This document shows, piece after piece, positions 40,080 through 53,600 of a DNA stretch of 64,000 nucleotides. Made by a program: the position numbers and the translations under genes. Source of the DNA: the human T2T-CHM13v2.0 reference genome, Homo sapiens; the NCBI RefSeq assembly GCF_009914755.1, contig NC_060946.1; one strand, written 5' to 3'. The number at the start of each line of letters is the position of its first letter. Position 1 is the first letter of the stretch. The notes below the pieces were generated by a model. That model saw only the letters and a program-made list of their open reading frames with translations. It searched no databases and was not told where the DNA came from.

Positions 40080-43000
40080 TAGGTGTCAAGGCGCTCCAAA
40101 TGTCCACTTCCAGATACTACAAAAAGAGTGTTTCAAACCTACTCTGTGAAAGGGAATATTCAACTCTGTGACTTGAATGCACATATCACAAAGAAGTTTC
40201 TGAGAATGCTTCTGTCGAGATTTTATATGAAGATATTCCCGTTTCCAACGAAATCCTGAAATCTATCCAAATATCCCCTCGCAGATTCTACAAAAAGAGT
40301 GTTTCAAAACTGTTCTGTAAAAAGAAAGGTTCAACTCTGTTAGTTGAGTACACACATCACAAACAAGTATCACAGAATGCTTCTTTCTAGCTTGTAGGGG
40401 AAGATATTCCCTTTATCACCATGGGCCTCAAACCGTCCGAAACGTCCACTTCCATATACTTCAAAAAAAGCGTTTCAAACCTGCTCTATGAAAGGCAATG
40501 TTCAACTCTGTGACTTGAATGCAGACATCACAGAGCTGTTTCTGAGAATGCTTCTGTCTAGATTTTATAGGAAGATATTCCCGTTTCCAACGAAATCTTC
40601 ACAGCTATCCAAATATCCACTTGCAGATTCTACAAAAAGAGTGTATCCAAACTGCTCTGTCAAAAGGAAGGTTCTTCTCTGTTAGGTGAGTGCATACGTC
40701 ATAAAGGAGTTTCTGAGAATGTTTCTGTCTAGTGGTTATGGGAAGATATTTGCTTTTTCACCGTAGGCCTCAGAGCGCTCCAAATATCCACTTGCACATA
40801 CTACAAAAAGAGTGCCTCAAAGCTGCTCTCTGAAACGGAATGTTCAACTCTATGAGTTGAATTCAAACATCACAAAGACGTTTCTGAGAATGCTTCTGTC
40901 TAGATTTGATATGAAGATATTCCCGTTTCCAACGAAATCTTCAAATCTATCCAAATGTCCACTTGCAGATTCAACAAAAAGTGTTTTTCAGAACTGCTCT
41001 ATCAAAAGAAAGATCCACCTCTGTTAGCTGAGTTCACACATCCAAACAAGTTTATGAGAATGCTTCTGTCTAGTTTTTATTTGAAGATATTTCCTTTCTC
41101 ACCATAGACCTGAAAGCTGTCCTAATGTTCACTTCCAGATACTACAGAAAGAGTGTTTCAAAACTGCTGTACGAAAGGGAATGTTCAACTCTGTGACTTG
41201 AATGCACACATCACAAAGAAGTTTCTGAGGATGCTGCTGTCTACTTTTTATACGTAATCCTGTTTCCAACGAAATCCTCCAAGCTATCCAAATATCCACT
41301 TGCAGATTCCACAGAAAGAATGTTTCAAAACTGCTCTGTCAATAGAAAGGTTCAACTCAGTTAGCTGCGTGCATATATCCCAAAGAAGATTCTGAGATTG
41401 CTTCTGTCTAGTTTTTATGGGAAGATATTTCCCTTTTCACCGTAGGCGTCAAGGCGCTCCAAATGTCCACTTCCAGATACTACAAAAAGAGTGTTTCAAA
41501 CCTAATCTGTGAAAGGGAATATTCAACTCTGTAACTTGAATGCACATATCACAAAGAAGTTTCTGAGAATGCTACTGTCGAGATTTTATGTGAAGATATT
41601 CCCGTTTCCAACGAAATCCTGAAATCTATCCAAATATCCCCTCGCAGATTCTACAAAAAGAGTGTTTCAAAACTGCTCTGTAAAAAGAAAGGTTCAACTC
41701 TGTTAGTTGAGTACACACATCACAAACAAGTTTCACAGAATGCTTCTTTCTAGCTTGTAGGGGAAGATATTCCCTTCATCACCATGGGCCTCAAACCGTC
41801 CGAAACGTCCACTTCCATATACTACAAAAAGAGCGTTTCAAACCTGCTCTATGAAAGGCAATGTTCAACTCTGTGACTTGAATGCAGACATCACAGAGCA
41901 GTTTCTGAGAATGCTTCTGTCTAGATTTTATAGGAAGATATTCCCGTTTCCAACGAAATCTTCACAGCTATCCAAATATCCACTTGCAGATTCTACAAAA
42001 AGAGTGTATCAAAACTGCTCTGTCAAAAGGAAGGTTCTTCTCTGTTAGGTGAGTGCATACGTCATAAAGGAGTTTCTGAGAATGTTTCTGTCTAGTGGTT
42101 ATGGGAAGATATTTGCTTTTTCACCGTAGGCCTCAGAGCGCTCCAAATGTCCACTTGCACATACTACAAAAAGAGGGCTTCAAACCTGCTCTCTGAAACG
42201 GAATGTTCAACTCTATGAGTTGAATGCAAACATCACAAAGACGTTTCTGAGAATGCTTCTGTCTAGATTTGATATGAAGATATTACCGTTTCCAACGAAA
42301 TCTTCAAATCTATCCAAATGTCCACTTGCAGATTCAACAAAAAGTGTTTTTCAGAACTGCTCTATCAAAAGAAAGATCCACCTCTGTTAGCTGAGTTCAC
42401 ACATCACAAACAAGTTTATGAGAATGCTTCTGTCTAGTTTTTATTTGAAGATATTTCCTTTCTCACCATAGACCTGAAAGCTGTCCTAATGTTCACTCCC
42501 AGATAATACAGAAAGAGTGTTTCAAAACTGCTGTACGAAAGGGAATGTTCAACTCTGTGACTTGAATGCACACATCACAAAGAAGTTTCTGAGGATGCTG
42601 CTGTCTACTTTTTATACGTAATCCCGTTTCCAACGAAATCCTCCAATCTATCCAAATATCCACTTGCAGATTCCACAGAAAGACTGTTTCAAAACTGCTC
42701 TGTCAATAGAAAGGTTAAACTCTGTTAGCTGCGTGCATATATCCCAAAGAAGATTCTGAGATTGCTTCTGTCTAGTTTTTATGGGAAGATATTTCCCTTT
42801 TCACCGTAGGCGTCAAGGCGCTCCAAATGTCCACTTCCAGATACTACAAAAAGAGTGTTTCAAACCTACTCTGTGGAAGGGAATATTCAACTCTGTGACT
42901 TGAATGCAGATATCACAAAGAAGTTTCTGAGAATGCTTCCGTCGAGATTTTATATGAAGATATTCCCGTTTCCAACGAAATCCTGAAATCTATCCAAATA

Positions 43001-46000
43001 TCCCCTCGCAGATTCCACAAAAAGAGTGTTTCAACACTGCTCTGTAAAAAGAAAGGTTCAACTCTGTTAGTTGAGTACACACATCACAAACAAGTTTCAC
43101 AGAATGCTTCTTTCTAGCTTGTAGGGGAAGATATTTCCTTTATCACCATGGTCCTCAAACCGTCCGAAACGTCCACTTCCATATACTAAAAAAAGAGTGT
43201 TTCAAACCTGCTCTATGAAAGGCAATGTTCAACTCTGTGACTTGAATGCAGACATCACAGAGCAGTTTCTGAGAATGCTTCTGTCCAGACTTTATAGGAA
43301 GATATTCCCGTTTCCAACGAAATCTTCACAGCTATCCAAATATCCACTTGCAGATAGTACAAAAAGAGTGTATCAAAAATGCTCTGTCAAAAGGAAAGTT
43401 CTTCTCTGCTAGTTGAGTACATACGTCATAAAGAAGTTTCGGAGAATGTTCCTGTCTAGGGGATATGGGAAGATATTTGCTTTTTCCCCGTAGGCCTCAA
43501 AGCGCTCCAAATGTCCACTTGCACATACTACAAAAAGAGTGCTTCAAAGCTGCTCTCTGAAAGGGAATGTTCAACACTATGAGTTGAATGCTAACATCAC
43601 AAAGACGTTTCTGAGAATGCTTCTGTCTAGATTTGATATGAAGATATTCCCGTTTCCAACGAAATCTTCAAATCTATCCAAATGTCCACTTGCAGATTCA
43701 ACAAAAAGTGTTTTTCAGAACTGCTCTATCAAAAGAAAGATCCACCTCTGTTAGCTGAGTTCACACATCACAAACAAGTTTATGAGAATGCTTCTGTCTA
43801 GTTTTTATTTGAAGATATTTCCTTTCTCACCATAGACCTGAAAGCTGTCCTAATGTTCACTTCCAGATACTACAGAAAGAGCGTTTCAAAACTGCTGTAC
43901 GAAAGGGAATGTTCAACTCTGTGACTTGAATGCACACATCACAAAGAAGTTTCTGAGGATGCTGCTGTCTACTTTTTATACGTAATCCCGTTTCCAACGA
44001 AATCCTCCAAGCTATCCAAATATCCACTTGCAGATTCCACAGAAAGACTGTTTCAAAACTGCTCTGTCAATAGAAAGGTTCAACTCTGTTAGCTGCGTGC
44101 ATATATCCCAAAGAAGATTCTGAGATTGCTTCTGTCTAGTTTTTATGGGAATATATTTCCCTTTTCACCGTAGGCGTCAAGGCGCTCCAAATGTCCACTT
44201 CCAGATACTACAAAAAGAGTGTTTCAAACCTACTCTGTGGAAGGGAATATTCAACTCTGTGACTTGAATGCAGATATCACAAAGAAGTTTCTGAGAATGC
44301 TTCCGTCGAGATTTTATATGATGATATTTCCGTTTCCAACGAAATCCTGAAATCTATCCAAATATCCCCTCGCAGATTCTACAAAAAGAGTGTTTCAACA
44401 CTGCTCTGTAAAAAGAAAGGTTCAACTCTGTTAGTTGAGTACACACATCACAAACAAGTTTCACAGAATGCTTCTTTCTAGCTTGTAGGGGAAGATATTC
44501 CCTTTATCACCATGGGCCTCAAACCGTCCGAAACGTCCACTTCCATATACTAAAAAAAGAGTGTTTCAAACCTGCTCTATGAAAGGCAATGTTCAACTCT
44601 GTGACTTGAATGAAGACATCACAGAGCAGTTTCTGAGAATGCTTCTGTCCAGACTTTATAGGAAGATACTCCCGTTTCCAAAGAAATCTTCACAGCTATC
44701 CAAATATCCACTTGCAGATAGTACAAAAAGAGTGTATCAAAAATGCTCTATCAAAAGGAAAGTTCTTCTCTGCTAGTTGAGTACATACGTCATAAAGAAG
44801 TTTCTGAGAATGTTCCTGTCTAGTGGTTATGGGAAGATATTTGCTTTTTCCCCGTAGGCCTCAAAGCGCTCCAAATGTCCACTTGCACATACTACAAAAA
44901 GAGTGCTTCAAAGCTGCTCTCTGAAAGGGAATGTTCAACTCTATGAGTTGAATGCTAACATCACAAAGACGTTTCTGAGAATGCTTCTGTCAAGATTTAA
45001 TATGAAGATATTCCCGTTTCCAACGAAATCTTCAAATCTATCCAAATGTCCACTTGCAGATTCAACAAAAAGTGTTTTTCAGAACTGCTCTATCAAAAGA
45101 AAGATCCACCTCTGTTAGCTGAGTTCACACATCACAAACAAGTTTATGAGAATGCTTCTGTCTAGTTTTTATTTGAAGATATAGCCTTTCTCACTATAGA
45201 CCTGAAAGCTGTCCTAATGTTCACTTCCAGATACTACAGAAAGAGTGTTTCAAAACTGCTGTACGAAAGGGAATGTTCAACTCTGTGACTTGAATGCACA
45301 CATTACAAGGAAGTTTCTGAGGATGCTGCTGTCTAATTTTTATACGTAATCCCGTTTCCAACGAAATCCGCCAAGCTATCCAAATATCCACTTGCAGATT
45401 CCACAGAAAGACTGTTTCAAAACTGCTCTGTCAATAGAAAGGTTCAACTCTGTTAGCTGCGTGCATATATCCCAAAGAAGATTCTGAAATTGCTTCTGTC
45501 TAGTTTTTGTGGGAAGATATTTCCCTTTTCACCGTAGGTGTCAAGGCGCTCCAAATGTCCACTTCCAGATACTACAAAAAGAGTGTTTCAAACCTACTCT
45601 GTGAAAGGGAATATTCAACTCTGTGACTTGAATGCAGATATCACAATGAAGATTCTGAGAATGCTTCTGTCGAGATTTTATATGAAGATATTTTCGTTTC
45701 CAACAAAATCCTGAAATCTATCCAAATATCCCCTCGCAGATTCTACAAAAAGAGTGTTTCAAAACTGCTCTGTAAAAAGAAAGGTTCAACTCTGTTAGTT
45801 GAGTACACACATCACAAACAAGTTTCACAGAATGCTTCTTTCTAGCTTGTAGGGGAAGATATTCCCTTTAACACCATGGGCCTCAAACCGTCTGAAACGT
45901 CCACTTCCATATACTACAAAAAGAGCGTTTCAAACCTGCTCTATGAAAGGCAATGTTCAACTCTGTGACTTGAATGCAGACATCACAGAGCAGTTTCTGA

Positions 46001-47634
46001 GAATGCTTCTGTCTAGGTTTTACAGGAAGATATTCCCTTTTCCAACGAAATCTTCCCAGCTATCCAAATCTCCACTTGCAGATTCTACAAAAAGAGTGTA
46101 TCAAAACTGCTCTGTCAAAAGGAAGGTTCTTCTCTGTTAGTTGAGTACATACATCATAAAGGAGTTTCTGAGAATGTTTCTGTCTAGTGGTTATGGGAAG
46201 ATATTTGCTTTTTCACCTTAGGCCTCAGAGCGCTCCAAATATCCACTTGCACATACTACAAAAAGAGTGCTTCAAAGCTGCTCTCTGAAACGGAATGTTC
46301 AATTCTATGAGTTGAATGCAAACATCACAAAGACGTTTCTGAGAATGCTTCTGACTAGATTTGATATGAAGATATTCCCGTTTCCAACGAAATCTTCAAA
46401 TCTATCCAAATGTCCACTTGCAGATTCAACAAAATGAGTTTTTCAGAACTGCTCTATCAAAAGGAAGATCCACCTCTGTTAGCTGAGTTCACACATCACA
46501 AACAAGTTTATGAGAATGCTTCTGTCTAGTTTTTATTTGAAGATATTTCCTTTCTCACCATAGACCTGAAAGCTGTCCTAATGTTCACTTCCAGATACTA
46601 CAGAAAGAGTGTTTCAAAACTGCTGTACGAAAGGGAATGTTCAACTCTGTGACTTGAATGCACACATCACAAAGAAGTTTCTGAGGATGCTGCTGTCTAC
46701 TTTTTATACGTAATCCCGTTTCCAACGAAATCCTCCAAGCTATCCAAATATCCACTTGCAGATTCCACAGAAAGACTGTTTCAAAACTGCTCTGTCAATA
46801 GAAAGGTTCAACTCTGTTAGCTGCGTGCATATATCCCAAAGAAGATTCTGAGATTGCTTCTGTCTAGTTTTTATGGGAAGATATTTCCCTTTTCACCGTA
46901 GGCGTCAAGGCGCTCCAAATGTCCACTTCCAGATACTACAAAAAGAGTGTTTCAAACCTACTCTGTGAAAGGGAATATTCAACTCTGTGACTTGAATGCA
47001 CATATCACAAAGAAGTTTCTGAGAATGCTTCTGTCGAGATTTTATATGAAGATATTCCCGTTTCCAACGAAATCCTGAAATCTATCCAAATATCCCCTCG
47101 CAGATTCTACAAAAAGAGTGTTTCAAAACTGTTCTGTAAAAAGAAAGGTTCAACTCTGTTAGTTGAGTACACACATCACAAACAAGTATCACAGAATGCT
47201 TCTTTCTAGCTTGTAGGGGAAGATATTCCCTTTATCACCATGGACCTCAAACCGTCCGAAACGTCCACTTCCATATACTTCAAAAAGAGCGTTTCAAACC
47301 TGCTCTAGGAAAGGCAATGTTCAACTCTGTGACTTGAATGCAGACATCACAGAGCTGTTTCTGAGAATGCTTCTGTCTAGATTTTATAGGATGATATTCC
47401 CGTTTCCAACGAAATCTTCACAGCTATCCAAATATCCACTTGCAGATTCTACAAAAAGAGTGTATCCAAAGTGCTCTGTCAAAAGGAAGGTTCTTCTCTG
47501 TTAGGTGAGTGCATACGTCATAAAGGAGTTTCTGAGAATGTTTCTGTCTAGTGGTTATGGGAAGATATTTGCTTTTTCACCGTAGGCCTCAGAGCGCTCC
47601 AAATATCCACTTGCACATAATACAAAAAGAGTGC
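40080..47634. repeat. Multi-HOR block, duplicated at ~56450-64000 (offset 16365-16366 bp = 12 HORs minus 2-3 bp)
   Basis: Matching variant ORFs occur at 40488/56853, 40812/57177, 41851/58217, 43197/59563, 43539/59905, 44561/60927 and 44903/61269. Private variants are shared, e.g. ctaggggatatggg at ~43456/~59822 and cacataatac at ~47614/~63980. The left boundary is approximate and the right copy runs off the window. Confidence 0.9.
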
Positions 47635-50600
47635 CTCAAAGCTGCTCTCTGAAATGGAATGTTCAACTCTATGAGTTGAATGCAAACATCACAAAGACGT
47701 TTCTGAGAATGCTTCTGTCTAGATTTGATATGAAGATATTCCCGTTTCCAACGAAATCTTCAAATCTATCCAAATGTCCACTTGCAGATTCAACAAAAAG
47801 TGTTTTTCAGAACTGCTCTATCAAAAGAAAGATCCACCTCTGTTAGCTGAGTTCACACATCCAAACAAGTTTATGAGAATGCTTCTGTCTAGTTTTTATT
47901 TGAAGATATTTCCTTTCTCACCATAGACCTGAAAGCTGTCCTAATGTTCACTTCCAGATACTACAGAAAGAGTGTTTAAAAACTGCTGTACGAAAGGGAA
48001 TGTTCAACTCTGTGACTTGAATGCACACATCACAAAGAAGTTTCTGAGGATGCTGCTGTCTACTTTTTATACGTAATCCCGTTTCCAACGAAATCCTCCA
48101 AGCTATCCAAATATCCACTTGCAGATTCCACAGAAAGACTGTTTCAAAACTGCTCTGTCAATAGAAAGGTTCAACTCTGTTAGCTGCGTGCATATATCCC
48201 AAAGAAGATTCTGAGATTGCTTCTGTCTAGTTTTTATGGGAAGATATTTCCCTTTTCACCGTAGGTGTCAAGGCGCTCCAAATGTCCACTTCCAGATACT
48301 ACAAAAAGAGTGTTTCAAACCTACTCTGTGAAAGCGAATATTCAACTCTGTGACTTTAATGCACATATCACAAAGAAGTTTCTGGAATGCTTCTGTCGAG
48401 ATTTTATATGAAGATATTCCCGTTTCCAAAGAAATCCTGAAATCTATCCAAATATCCCCTCGCAGATTCTACAAAAAGAGTGTTTCAAAACTGCTCTGTA
48501 AAAAGAAAGGTTCAACTCTGTTAGTTGAGTACACACATCACAAACAAGTTTCACAGAATGCTTCTTTCTAGCTTGTAGGGGAAGATATTCCCTTTATCAC
48601 CATGGGCCTCCAACCGTCCGAAACATCCACTTCCATATACTACAAAAAGAGCGTTTCAAACCTGCTCTATGAAAGGCAATGTTCAACTCTGTGACTTGAA
48701 TGCAGACATCACAGAGCAGTTTCTGAGAATGCTTCTGTCTAGATTTTATAGGAAGATATTCCCGTTTCCAACGAAATCTTCACAGCTATCCAAATATCCA
48801 CTTGCAGATTCTACAAAAAGAGTGTATCAAAACTGCTCTGTCAAAAGGAAGGTTCTTCTCTGTTAGGTGAGTGCATACGTCATAAAGGAGTTTCTGAGAA
48901 TGTTTCTGTCTAGTGGTTATGGGAAGATATTTGCTTTTTCACCGTAGGCCTCAGAGCGCTCCAAATATCCACTTGCACATACTACAAAAAGAGTGCCTCA
49001 AAGCTGCTCTCTGAAACGGAATGTTCAACTCTATGAGTTGAATGCAAACATCACAAAGACGTTTCTGAGAATGCTTCCGTCTAGATTTGATATGAAGATA
49101 TTCCCGTTTCCAACGAAATCTTCAAATCTATCCAAATGTCCACTTGCAGATTCAACAAAAAGTGTTTTTCAGAACTGCTCTATCAAAAGAAAGATCCACC
49201 TCTGTTAGCTGAGTTCACACATCACAAACAAGTTTATGAGAATGCTTCTGTCTAGTTTTTATTTGAAGATATTTCCTTTCTCACCATAGACCTGAAAGCT
49301 GTCCTAATGTTCACTTCCAGATACTACAGAAAGAGTGTTTCAAAACTGCTGTACGAAAGGGAATGTTCAACTCTGTGACTTGAATGCACACATCACAAAG
49401 AAGTTTCTGAGGATGCTGCTGTCTACTTTTTATACGTAATCCCGTTTCCAACGAAATCCTCCAAGCTATCCAAATATCCACTTGCAGATTCCACAGAAAG
49501 ACTGTTTCAAAACTGCTCTGTCAATAGAAAGGTTCAACTCTGTTAGCTGCGTGCATATATCCCAAAGAAGATTCTGAGATTCCTTCTGTCTAGTTTTTAT
49601 GGGAAGATATTTCCCTTTTCACCGTAGGCGTCAAGGCGCTCCAAATGTCCACTTCCAGATACTACAAAAAGAGTGTTTCAAACCTACTCTGTGAAAGGGA
49701 ATATTCAACTCTGTGACTTGAATGCACATATCACAAAGAAGTTTCTGAGAATGCTTCTGTCGAGATTTTATATGAAGATATTCCCGTTTCCAACGAAATC
49801 CTGAAATCTATCCAAATATCCCCTCGCAGATTCTACAAAAAGAGTGTTTCAAAACTGCTCTGTAAAAAGAAAGGTTCAACTCTGTTAGTTGAGTACACAC
49901 ATCACAAACAAGTTTCACAGAATGCTTCTTTCTAGCTTGTAGGGGAAGATATTCCCTTTATCACCATGGGCCTCCAACCGTCCGAAACGTCCACTTCCAT
50001 ATACTACCAAAAGAGCGTTTCAAACCTGCTCTAGGAAAGGCAATGTTCAACTCTGTGACTTGAATGCAAACATCACAGAGCAGTTTCTGAGAATGCTTCT
50101 GTCTAGATTTTATAGGAAGATATTCCCGTTTCCAACGAAATCTTCACAGCTATCCAAATATCCACTTGCAGATTCTACAAAAAGAGTGTATCAAAACTGC
50201 TCTGTCAAAAGGAAGGTTCTTCTCTGTTAGGTGAGTGCATACGTCATAAAGGAGTTTCTGAGAATGTTTCTGTCTAGTGGTTATGGGAAGATATTTGCTT
50301 TTTCACCGTAGGCCTCAGAGCGCTCCAAATATCCACTTGCACATACTACAAAAAGAGTGCCTCAAAGCTGCTCTCTGAAACGGAATGTTCAACTCTATGA
50401 GTTGAATGCAAACATCACAAAGACGTTTCTGAGAATGCTTCTGTCTAGATTTGATATGAAGATATTCCCGTTTCCAACGAAATCTTCAAATCTATCCAAA
50501 TGTCCACTTGCAGATTCAACAAAAAGTGTTTTTCAGAACTGCTCTATCAAAAGAAAGATCCACCTCTGTTAGCTGAGTTCACACATCACAAACAAGTTTA

Positions 50601-53600
50601 TGAGAATGCTTCTGTCTAGTTTTTATTTGAAGATATTTCCTTTCTCACCATAGACCTGAAAGCTGTCCTAATGTTCACTTCCAGATACTACAGAAAGAGT
50701 GTTTCAAAACTGCTGTACGAAAGGGAATGTTCAACTCTGTGACTTGAATGCACACATCACAAAGAAGTTTCTGAGGATGCTGCTGTCTACTTTTTATACG
50801 TAATCCCGTTTCCAACGAAATCCTCCAAGCTATCCAAATATCCACTTGCAGATTCCACAGAAAGACTGTTTCAAAACTGCTCTGTCAATAGAAAGGTTCA
50901 ACTCTGTTAGCTGCGTGCATATATCCCAAAGAAGATTCTGAGATTGCTTCTGTCTAGTTTTTATGGGAAGATATTTCCCTTTTCACCGTAGGCGTCAAGG
51001 CGCTCCAAATGTCCACTTCCAGATACTACAAAAAGAGTGTTTCAAACCTACTCTGTGAAAGGGAATATTCAACTCTGTGACTTGAATGCACATATCACAA
51101 AGAAGTTTCTGAGAATGCTTCTGTCGAGATTTTATATGAAGATGTTCCCGTTTCCAACGAAATCCTGAAATCTATCCAAATATCACCTCGCAGATTCTAC
51201 AAAAAGAGTGTTTCAAAACTGCTCTGTAAAAAGAAAGTTTCAACTCTGTTACTTGAGTACATACATCACAAACAAGTTTCACAGAATGCTTCTTTCTAGC
51301 TTGTAGGGGAAGATATTCCCTTTATCACCATGGTCCTCAAACCGTCCGAAACGTCCACTTCCATATACTACAAAAAGAGCGTTTCAAACCTGCTCTAGGA
51401 AAGGCAATGTTCAACTCTGTGACTTGAATGCAGACATCACAGAGCAGTTTCTGAGAATGCTTCTGTCTAGATTTTATAGGAAGATATTCCCGTTTCCAAC
51501 GAAATCTTCACAGCTATCCAAATATCCACTTGCAGATTCTACAAAAAGAGTGTATCAAAACTGCTCTGTCAAAAGGAAGGTTCTTCTCTGTTAGGTGAGT
51601 GCATACGTCATAAAGGAGTTTCTGAGAATGTTTCTGTCTAGTGGTTATGGGAAGATATTTGCTTTTTCACCGTAGGCCTCAGAGCGCTCCAAATATCCAC
51701 TTGCACATACTACAAAAAGAGTGCCGCAAAGCTGCTCTCTGAAACGGAATGTTCAACTCTATGAGTTGAATGCAAACATCACAAAGACGTTTCTGAGAAT
51801 GCTTCTGTCTAGATTTGATATGAAGATATTCCCGTTTCCAACGAAATCTTCAAATCTATCCAAATGTCCACTTGCATAATCAACAAAAAGTGTTTTTCAG
51901 AACTGCTCTATCAAAAGAAAGATCCACCTCTGTTAGCTGAGTTCACACATCACAAACAAGTTTATGAGAATGCTTCTGTCTAGTTTTTATTTGAAGATAT
52001 TTCCTTTCTCACCATAGACCTGAAAGCTGTCCTAATGTTCACTTCCAGATACTACAGAAAGAGTGTTTCAAAACTGCTGTACGAAAGGGAATGTTCAACT
52101 CTGTGACTTGAATGCACACATCACAAAGAAGTTTCTGAGGATGCTGCTGTCTACTTTTTATACGTAATCCCGTTTCCAACGAAATCCTCCAAGCTATCCA
52201 AACATCCACTTGCAGATTCCACAGAAAGACTGTTTCAAAACTGCTCTGTCAATAGAAAGGTTCAACTCTGTTAGCTGCGTGCATATATCCCAAAGAAGAT
52301 TCTGAGATTGCTTCTGTCTAGTTTTTATGGGAAGATATTTCCCTTTTCACCGTAGGCGTCAAGGCGCTCCAAATGTCCACTTCCAGATACTACAAAAAGA
52401 GTGTTTCAAACCTACTCTGTGAAAGCGAATATTCAACTCTGTGACTTGAATGCACATATCACAAAGAAGTTTCTGAGAATGCTTCTGTCGAGATTTTATA
52501 TGAAGATATTCCCGTTTCCAACGAAATCCTGAAATCTATCCAAATATCCCCTCGCAGATTCTACAAAAAGAGTGTTTCAAAACTGCTCTGTAAAAAGAAA
52601 GGTTCAACTCTGTTAGTTGAGTACACACATCAGAAACAAGTTTCACAGAATGCTTCTTTCTAGCTTGTAGGGGAAGATATTCCCTTTATCACCATGGGCC
52701 TCCAACCGTCCGAAACGTCCACTTCCATATACTACAAAAAGAGCGTTTCAAACCTGCTCTAGGAAAGGCAATGTTCAACTCTGTGACTTGAATGCAGACA
52801 TCACAGAGCAGTTTCTGAGAATGCTTCTGTCTAGATTTTATAGGAAGATATTCCCGTTTCCAACGAAATCTTCACAGCTATCCAAATATCCACTTGCAGA
52901 TTCTACAAAAAGAGTGTATCAAAACTGCTCTGTCAAAAGGAAGGTTCTTCTCTGTTAGGTGAGTGCATACGTCATAAAGGAGTTTCTGAGAATGTTTCTG
53001 TCTAGTGGTTATGGGAAGATATTTGCTTTTTCACCGTAGGCCTCAGAGCGCTCCAAATATCCACTTGCACATACTACAAAAAGAGTGCCTCAAAGCTGCT
53101 CTTTGAAACGGAATGTTCAACTCTATGAGTTGAATGCAAACATCACAAAGACGTTTCTGAGAATGCTTCTGTCTAGATTTGATATGAAGATATTCCCGTT
53201 TCCAACGAAATCTTCAAATCTATCCAAATGTCCACTTGCAGATTCAACAAAAAGTGTTTTTCAGAACTGCTCTATCAAAAGAAAGATCCACCTCTGTTAG
53301 CTGAGTTCACACATCACAAACAAGTTTATGAGAATGCTTCTGTCTAGTTTTTATTTGAAGATATTTCCTTTCTCACCATAGACCTGAAAGCTGTCCTAAT
53401 GTTCACTTCCAGATACTACAGAAAGAGTGTTTCAAAACTGCTGTATGAAAGGGAATGTTCAACTCTGTGACTTGAATGCACACATCACAAAGAAGTTTCT
53501 GAGGATGCTGCTGTCTACTTTTTATATGTAATCCGGTTTCCAACGAAATCCTCCAAGCTATCCAAATATCCACTTGCAGATTCCACAGAAAGACTGTTTC

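Noticed and set aside
48350-48571. Unique 73-aa ORF
   Set aside because: It is produced by the 1-bp deletion at ~48385 joining two reading frames of the satellite.
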